This document shows, in pieces, positions 8,240 to 13,964 of a DNA stretch of 13,964 bases. How positions within the stretch are numbered: the first letter of the stretch is position 1; the number at the start of each line of letters is the position of its first letter. Position numbers and translations under genes: made by a program. Source of the DNA: Candidatus Zixiibacteriota bacterium (GTDB taxonomy: Bacteria > Zixibacteria > MSB-5A5 > CAIYYT01); assembly GCA_040235515.1 (NCBI GenBank), contig JBECKX010000194.1, positions 1 to 13,964 on the forward strand. The letters run 5' to 3'. Under the pieces are notes generated by a model. It was not told the origin of the DNA, made no database searches, and saw only the letters and a program-made list of their open reading frames with translations.

Positions 8240-8270
8240 GGCCGGGCGGCAACGCCCGGCCTTTGCTTTT
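8240..8270 (+). terminator. Intrinsic terminator
   Basis: GGCCGGGCG-GCAA-CGCCCGGCC (9-bp stem, GNRA tetraloop) followed by TTTGCTTTT. Confidence 0.85.
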
Positions 8271-8291
8271 CCCGCTTTTCCCGCTTGTCCC
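8265..8291. repeat. 3 x 9-bp tandem repeat GCTT(T/G)TCCC
   Basis: GCTTTTCCC GCTTTTCCC GCTTGTCCC read directly from the sequence. Confidence 0.85.
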
Positions 8292-8321
8292 TCTCTTTCT
8301 TGCTCTCTTCCCAAAAAGTGA

Positions 8322-8349
8322 TTGACCATTGCTGATTTCCTGCTAAAAT
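8322..8349 (+). promoter_or_regulatory. Sigma70-type promoter of the imuA-imuB-dnaE2 operon
   Basis: TTGACC (8322-8327), 16 nt spacer, TAAAAT (8344-8349), with an extended -10 TG at 8341-8342. Confidence 0.72.
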
Positions 8350-8352
8350 TAC

Positions 8353-8368
8353 CTGCACATTTGTGCAG
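8353..8368. promoter_or_regulatory. Putative LexA operator (SOS box)
   Basis: Palindrome CTGCACA-TT-TGTGCAG 3 nt downstream of the -10, overlapping the expected transcription start. Core TGCAC-ATTT-GTGCA fits the Fibrobacter succinogenes LexA consensus TGCNC-N4-GTGCA. Confidence 0.75.
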
Positions 8369-8422
8369 CTTTCTTCGTATATCATTGGAAGCGGCACCGG
8401 ATGGACAGGAAGAGAATCGAAG

Positions 8423-9340
8423 ATGAACAAAAGCAATAGCAAAGGCCTTACGAGCGTTAAAACCGGCGCAGCCGCGACAATGCCCAAGCAGTTGAGTTTC
8501 AGTCGCTTATGGGTTGAGGCGCCACCGCAGCCGAAGCATGTCCCTCGGCGTCGTCAGGAGGAAGCCTATCCTGACAAGGGAAAAGTGGCAGAAGCGGATT
8601 CCCGCCATCACCGGATGACAGGGAGGTTGGCTCCCCCGGATTCTGACCAAGCGACATTTGAGATAACCAATGATAGAAATTCCGGTGTCTCAGATTTTTC
8701 TGAGGCACAGACAATCCCCCGTCTGCGGGAACTGCTAAACCGCAATTGGCCCGAAGCAGCATATGGCGGTCGGAACGGTACTGCCCACCGATTCCGTATC
8801 AATCTCCCCGCTCTGGCCGCCATCTTCCCGCACACCGGAATCCCTTACGGACAGATCATCGAAATCAGCGGGGGAATCTCCAGCGGCAAGACTGCATTAT
8901 TACAACGCCTGGTAGCGGCGATCGAGCCTGCACCAGCGATCGGGTATCTCGATTTCAGCAGCAGTTTTTTCCCGCCCGGCGCTGAAGCTGCGGGGATCGA
9001 CCTGAAACGCCTCAAACTGATCCGTCCCGACAACCTGCAAAATGGCATTCGTGTGGCAGAGGCGCTTTTACAGCAAAGACAGATAAGCTGTTTGGTTTTC
9101 GATCTCGTGGGAATCAGCGAGCCCCTGCCGAGGATACTCCTGCACCGGTTACGACAGAACATCATCAAGGGTGAAGCGATCGGCTTTTTCCTGACGGAGA
9201 CAGGCTCACGCCACCTTCCTGCAAGCTATGCCAGCCTGCGCTTACAAACCGCGCGTACAAAAAATCATGAAATCGCCATAACCGCCACACGCAACCGTAT
9301 TGGCCGGGAGGGTGCATGCGGGAGGATGAGCCGTGTCTGA
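8423..9340 (+). CDS. imuA: ImuA / RecA-like mutasome accessory protein; start uncertain (8423, 8480, 8585 or 8615)
   Basis: GIPYGQIIEISGGISSGKT, YLD, FFPPGAEAAGIDLKRL and CLVFD give a RecA/ImuA core. It overlaps the imuB start and lies upstream of imuB-dnaE2. Confidence 0.85.
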   Translation: MNKSNSKGLTSVKTGAAATMPKQLSFSRLWVEAPPQPKHVPRRRQEEAYPDKGKVAEADSRHHRMTGRLAPPDSDQATFEITNDRNSGVSDFSEAQTIPRLRELLNRNWPEAAYGGRNGTAHRFRINLPALAAIFPHTGIPYGQIIEISGGISSGKTALLQRLVAAIEPAPAIGYLDFSSSFFPPGAEAAGIDLKRLKLIRPDNLQNGIRVAEALLQQRQISCLVFDLVGISEPLPRILLHRLRQNIIKGEAIGFFLTETGSRHLPASYASLRLQTARTKNHEIAITATRNRIGREGACGRMSRV

Positions 9341-10880
9341 GAGAGCTTCCAGATCAGTAACTGAGCCGGCCCGTATCGCCTGCCTCTTCGTGCCCAACTT
9401 TGCTCTCAGCCTGGCGGGAAAGAACAACCCCCACTTGCTGCTTAAACCAACGGCACTGGTGGAGTCGGAAGCTGCCGGGGCGGAGGTTCTGCAAGTTAGC
9501 AACAAGGCTGCCCGTGATGGAGTCAAGGTTGGTATGACGCGCGCGCAGGCGGAAACGCTTTGTCCCGACCTTACGGCGGTTGTTTATGATACCACGCTTG
9601 AGGCGAATGTCGCGGAGGAGGTACGACACCTGCTCGGGGAATTCGCGCCACTGGTGCAACAGGAGTTACCGGGACGCTGGTTTGTCGAGTTGCGTGGTTT
9701 GCGGAGATTGCATGGGGCCGAAGCGCAAATCGCGTGGACCATGATCGACAAACTGAAACAGATCGGGCTCCCTGTGCGTGCCGGGATCGGTGACAACAAT
9801 TTTGTAGCCCGAGTTGCCGCCGAGGTAAGCGAGCGCTACAAGCACACCATTATCCCTGAGGGTGAAGGTCAGCCGTTTCTGGCACAACTGCCCGTGAAAC
9901 ATTTACCGATCACAGGTGAGATCAAAGAGCAACTCCTCGCGCTTGGCTTGCGTGCCATCGGACAGGTGGCGCGGTTCCCTGTCAACGAGCTTGTCGAGCG
10001 CTTTGGTCATGAGGGCTGGAAACTGTCACAACTCGCGCGCGGTGAAGACCCGAGCTTCTTTACGCCGCTTCCTCCCGAAGAAGAGTGGAATGAACGGGTG
10101 GTGTTTGATTTTCCGCATTACTATCTCGGTGGTGTCGCGAAGGCGCTGCAAACAGCATTCACAAAACTCTTTGACCGACTGGCACAATCAGGGCTTGGGT
10201 GTCGGCGCATGGAAGTCACTCTCTATTGTGATGACCGACAGGCGTTCCCGGTCGAGGTTGCCGTAACACGTCCCACTTTATCGATCGCGAAATTTCTCAA
10301 GCAATTGCGTTTACAACTCCACCAGGTACGGCTTTCCGGAGGTGTGGTGGAAGTCAACCTGACTCCGATCAGCACAGCCACACTCAGCACGCAACAACTT
10401 CAGTTACCGGAGGCGGGGCTTTATGATACCAGCGCCATCGCCGCCGGTGGTCTTGAACAAAGGTTGATCGCACAGGCATTAAAGCATTCACGAAGTTCCG
10501 TCTCCCCGTTACCGGAGCAGAGTTTCTTCCTTGCCTCTCAAGGCTCTGCTCCGAATAAATCAAGCGGGAAGGCAGACGACAAGGTCAAACAGGAATTGCT
10601 GCGTTTCCCCTTTGCAATCAAGTCGACGGTCGGGCTGCGTCTTTATCCACAACCACAAACCGTTGCCGTCGCACTCAAAGGAGATCTTCCCCGCAAGCTC
10701 ACAATCGCCGGCAAGGCACAACAGGTAACACAACTGCGCGGCCCGTGGCAGCTCTCCGGGAACTGGTGGGACAAAGAGTTTCAGCGCCAATACTTTGAGG
10801 TTGAAACCACCGCCGGGTCTTACCTGATCTACAACGACCTGCAATCCGCAAGCTGGTTTGTGCAGGGAATCTTCGATTAA
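9333..10880 (+). CDS. imuB: ImuB, catalytically inactive Y-family polymerase homologue
   Basis: GTG start with GGAGG RBS. RIACLFVPNF lacks the motif-I Asp, the SIDE motif is replaced by ELPGRW, AARDGVKVGMTRAQAETLCP is present, QLQL (10395-10406) is clamp-binding-like, and the C-terminus is GPWQLSGNWW...RQYFEV...WFVQGIFD. Confidence 0.92.
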   Translation: MSERASRSVTEPARIACLFVPNFALSLAGKNNPHLLLKPTALVESEAAGAEVLQVSNKAARDGVKVGMTRAQAETLCPDLTAVVYDTTLEANVAEEVRHLLGEFAPLVQQELPGRWFVELRGLRRLHGAEAQIAWTMIDKLKQIGLPVRAGIGDNNFVARVAAEVSERYKHTIIPEGEGQPFLAQLPVKHLPITGEIKEQLLALGLRAIGQVARFPVNELVERFGHEGWKLSQLARGEDPSFFTPLPPEEEWNERVVFDFPHYYLGGVAKALQTAFTKLFDRLAQSGLGCRRMEVTLYCDDRQAFPVEVAVTRPTLSIAKFLKQLRLQLHQVRLSGGVVEVNLTPISTATLSTQQLQLPEAGLYDTSAIAAGGLEQRLIAQALKHSRSSVSPLPEQSFFLASQGSAPNKSSGKADDKVKQELLRFPFAIKSTVGLRLYPQPQTVAVALKGDLPRKLTIAGKAQQVTQLRGPWQLSGNWWDKEFQRQYFEVETTAGSYLIYNDLQSASWFVQGIFD

Positions 10881-10906
10881 CTGATATCCCGAGTCATGGA
10901 GGTGGT

Positions 10907-13900
10907 ATGGAGTATGTCGAACTCCACTGCCATAGTAACTTTTCTTTCCTCGATGGCGCTTCACACCCGGATGAACTGGTAGTCACTGCGGAACAACTCG
11001 GTTATGAAGCCCTTGCCCTGACCGACCACAACGGTCTCTACGGCATCGTGCGTTTCAATCAAATCGCGCAACGCGTGGGGGTCCGTCCGATCTTCGGGGC
11101 GGAACTGACACTGAGTAACGGACACCATTTGTTGCTCTTGATCAAGGATGACAAAGGTTACGCCAATCTCTCACAAATGATCACCAGGGCGCAAATGCCA
11201 CACAAAAAGGGTGACCCGCAGGTTACACCCGAGATGCTACAAACACATTGTGAGGGTTTGATTGCACTTTCTGGTTGTCTCAAAGGCGAGATCCCGCAGT
11301 TGTTGTTGCAGGACGATGAGGCAGGCGCCGCAAGGCTTGCATCTCAGTACCAGGAGTTGTTCGGCCATGAGGGTTTCTACCTTGAACTGCAGCACCACCA
11401 ACTGCCGCAGCATGAATACCTGTGCGATAAGCTATACGCCCTGGGGAAACGGCTCAACATTCCCTGCGTTGCAACGAACAATGTCCACTATGCCACGCCC
11501 GCACGCCGCCGATTGCAGGATGTGCTGACTTGCATCAAGGAGCGCACAACTCTCGATGAGGCAGCAGGGCGACTCTATCCCAATGGAGCACGTTACCTGA
11601 AAACCCCCGAACAGATGCAGCGTTTGTTTCAGGCGTACCCCGATGCCGTCGCCAACAGTGTTGTGATCGCCAAACGCTGTCGCTTTGTGCTCAATGCGCT
11701 GCCAACTTCCTTGCCCGACTTTGAAGTGCCTGATTCGGGCAATGAACAGTCATTCCTGCGCAGGATGGTTTACCGTGGGGCAAAAGAACGCTGGGGCAAA
11801 GTCAACTCCGAGCAACGGAAGCAGCTCGAGCATGAGCTGGGTTTGATCCGCAAGCTTGAGCTGGCGGGTTACTTCCTGATCGTCTGGGATATCGCTCGTT
11901 TCTGCCGGGACAATCAGATACTCGCCCAGGGCCGTGGCTCTGCGGCCAACTCAGCGGTTTGTTACTGTCTCGGGATTACGGCTGTTGACCCGGTGAAGTT
12001 GAAGCTACTGTTCGAGCGCTTCCTTTCCGAGGAGCGCAGGGAGCCGCCCGACATCGATATCGACATCGCTAACAACCGCCGCGAGGAGGTGATCCAGTAC
12101 GTTTACAAGAAGTATGGACGTGATCATGCCGCAATGGTGTGTGAGATCATCACTTACAAGGGCCGTTCGGCGGTGCGGGATGTCGGCAAGGCGCTCGGCT
12201 TCTCGCTGGAGGAGGTTGATCGACTGGCGAAGTTACTCCACCACTATTCCGATGCCGGTGAGATGGAGGAGATCGTTCGGGAGGCACAACTTAACTGCGA
12301 CAGCGAGCGGGTGGCGTTGTTGCTCCAGTTGTGTGGTGAGATTCAGGATTTCCCGCGCCACCTGGGGATCCATGTTGGGGGAATGATCATCACTGCCAAG
12401 CCGCTATCGCAGATTGTCCCGATCGAGAATGCCACCATGCCGGATCGGAGTGTGATCCAGTGGGATAAAGATGACGCCGGGGAAGTTGGCTTGATCAAGA
12501 TCGACCTGCTCGGCCTGGGGATGCTTTCGTTAATCGACGTTGCATTTCGACTGATCAGAGAGCATCGCGGTGAAGAGATCGATCCCGCTTTGCTTGCTTA
12601 TGATGATCCGAAAGTGTATGACCTGCTCTGCAAAGCAGAGACGGTTGGGGTCTTTCAGGTCGAGTCGCGCGCGCAGATGAATACTCTCCCGCGGCTCAAA
12701 CCGCGTTGCTTTTATGATTTGGTGGTGGAGGTCGCCTTGATCCGACCCGGGCCGATCCAGGGGGAGATGGTGCACCCATATCTGCGTCGCAAGGCGGGGG
12801 AGGAAGAGGTGGACTATCCTCACCCTTCCCTCAAACCGATTCTCGAACGCACTCTGGGTGTACCGCTCTTCCAGGAGCAGGGCATGCAGGTGGCGATGAT
12901 CGCTGGCTTCTCTGCCAGTGAGGCGGATGAATTGCGTCGTGCGATGGGGCATAAACGTTCACGCGAACGGATGGAAGCGATTAGTGTTAAGCTGATTGAG
13001 GGGATGGTCAAAAAGGGACTTACGCTCGATATCGCCAAGCGGATTTACAAGCAATTGACAGCGTTTGCCGATTATGGCTTCCCGGAGTCGCATGCGGCAT
13101 CATTTGCACTTCTCGTTTATATCTCGGCATTCCTTAAGGTCTATTATGCCCCTGAATTTTACTGTGCGCTGCTCAACTCGCAGCCGATGGGGTTCTATTC
13201 CCCGGCAACGATCGTGTATGAGGCGCAACGGCGGGGAGAGGTGTTCCTTCCCGTCGATGTTACCCGCAGCAAGTGGGATTGCACGATCGAGTCAGGAAAG
13301 GTGCGATTGGGTTTTTCGTATGTGAAAAGCCTGGGGGAGGGCGTCCGCCCACAGATTGAGCGGGAATTGCAGCGACAACCTTTTACCTCGGTGCGTGATT
13401 TTGTATTCCGCACGAATCTGTCACGCGGCTCGTTGCAGCAGTTGGCTATGGTAGGTGCTTTTGATTGTTTTGGGATCAGTCGCAGACAGGCTCTGTGGCA
13501 GATCATGCGTCTTTCGGCAAGAGCAGAAGATGAGCTTGCTGTTGAGTCAACTGAAACCGGTCAGCAGATGCTTCCTGACATGGTGGCGGCCGAGGAATTG
13601 ATGGCTGACTTCAGCGGGATGGATCTTTCGATCAGTCCACATCTGATGGCGCATATCCGCGAGCAACTCGATCGGCATAAGATCAGGAGCGCTGCTGAGA
13701 TCGAGCAATGCCGGGACAAGGAGCAAGTGCAAACCGCAGGTGTCGTAATCATTCGTCAACGACCGGTAACTGCGAGTGGGTTTTTGTTCATCACGCTTGA
13801 GGATGAAACCGGTTTCGTGAATGTGATTGTCAAACCTGACACGGTGAAGAAGTTTGGGCGTACTGTCACCAACGCCAAAGCGATCATTGTAACGGGGACT

Positions 13901-13964
13901 ATTCAGAAAGAAAAGGGTGTCACAAATGTGATGGGGAGAGATTTCCGCACACTCGATTTGATTT
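10907..13964 (+). CDS. dnaE2: Error-prone DNA polymerase III alpha subunit DnaE2 (ImuC); 3' end runs off the window
   Basis: GGAGGT RBS. MEYVELHCHSNFSFLDGASHPDEL, ALTDHNG, QGRGSAANS, LLFERFLSEERREPPDIDID, FPRHLGIHVGG, GVFQVESRAQM, YGFPESHAASFA, LLNSQPMGFY and OB-fold RQRP.TASGFLFITLEDETG, all in one frame to the window edge. Confidence 0.97.
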   Translation, partial: MEYVELHCHSNFSFLDGASHPDELVVTAEQLGYEALALTDHNGLYGIVRFNQIAQRVGVRPIFGAELTLSNGHHLLLLIKDDKGYANLSQMITRAQMPHKKGDPQVTPEMLQTHCEGLIALSGCLKGEIPQLLLQDDEAGAARLASQYQELFGHEGFYLELQHHQLPQHEYLCDKLYALGKRLNIPCVATNNVHYATPARRRLQDVLTCIKERTTLDEAAGRLYPNGARYLKTPEQMQRLFQAYPDAVANSVVIAKRCRFVLNALPTSLPDFEVPDSGNEQSFLRRMVYRGAKERWGKVNSEQRKQLEHELGLIRKLELAGYFLIVWDIARFCRDNQILAQGRGSAANSAVCYCLGITAVDPVKLKLLFERFLSEERREPPDIDIDIANNRREEVIQYVYKKYGRDHAAMVCEIITYKGRSAVRDVGKALGFSLEEVDRLAKLLHHYSDAGEMEEIVREAQLNCDSERVALLLQLCGEIQDFPRHLGIHVGGMIITAKPLSQIVPIENATMPDRSVIQWDKDDAGEVGLIKIDLLGLGMLSLIDVAFRLIREHRGEEIDPALLAYDDPKVYDLLCKAETVGVFQVESRAQMNTLPRLKPRCFYDLVVEVALIRPGPIQGEMVHPYLRRKAGEEEVDYPHPSLKPILERTLGVPLFQEQGMQVAMIAGFSASEADELRRAMGHKRSRERMEAISVKLIEGMVKKGLTLDIAKRIYKQLTAFADYGFPESHAASFALLVYISAFLKVYYAPEFYCALLNSQPMGFYSPATIVYEAQRRGEVFLPVDVTRSKWDCTIESGKVRLGFSYVKSLGEGVRPQIERELQRQPFTSVRDFVFRTNLSRGSLQQLAMVGAFDCFGISRRQALWQIMRLSARAEDELAVESTETGQQMLPDMVAAEELMADFSGMDLSISPHLMAHIREQLDRHKIRSAAEIEQCRDKEQVQTAGVVIIRQRPVTASGFLFITLEDETGFVNVIVKPDTVKKFGRTVTNAKAIIVTGTIQKEKGVTNVMGRDFRTLDLI

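Noticed and set aside
8363..8422. ORF-track GTG start of imuA at 8363
   Set aside because: Lies inside the operator palindrome a few nt from the predicted +1, with no RBS.
5283..8487. Long minus-strand ORFs 5283-6008 (241 aa) and 7270-8487 (405 aa)
   Set aside because: Mirror-frame shadows of the Asp/Gly/Cys-rich TSP3-dockerin genes, and 7270-8487 also crosses a terminator and a promoter.
13934..13948. GRDFR as the DnaE2 C-terminal [S/T/G]R[D/N]F[D/R/H] signature
   Set aside because: It fits the pattern but lies in the last OB-fold strand, and the true C-terminus is outside the window, so it cannot be assigned.
3357..13964. Functional link in which the mutasome diversifies the adjacent surface proteins
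   Set aside because: Only adjacency supports it. The genes have separate promoters and terminators, and there is no sign of targeted hypervariation.

Overview
Bacterial chromosomal window. The style of the C-terminal dockerin-like tails suggests an FCB-group organism such as Zixibacteria (inference). Left to right: a 3'-truncated DUF192 gene (minus strand, missing from the ORF track); a small protein with two DUF4032-like motifs; a DUF6265-like lipoprotein; a DUF4412-like secreted protein; two tandem secreted proteins (an Asp-box beta-propeller-like protein and an M6 metalloprotease) that both end in thrombospondin type-3 repeats plus the same 8-cysteine dockerin-like module and near-identical terminators; and an imuA-imuB-dnaE2 mutagenesis cassette, with dnaE2 running off the right edge and missing from the ORF track. 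The cassette has no adjacent lexA, but a CTGCACA-TT-TGTGCAG palindrome at its promoter matches the Fibrobacter-type LexA box. The most notable signals are the Cys-rich dockerin module, the candidate SOS box, a RecA-like ImuA with an intact Walker A, a DnaE2 PHP site one residue from proofreading-competent, and a long structured leader with an anti-SD upstream of the propeller gene. No CRISPR array, tRNA, rRNA or mobile element was seen.
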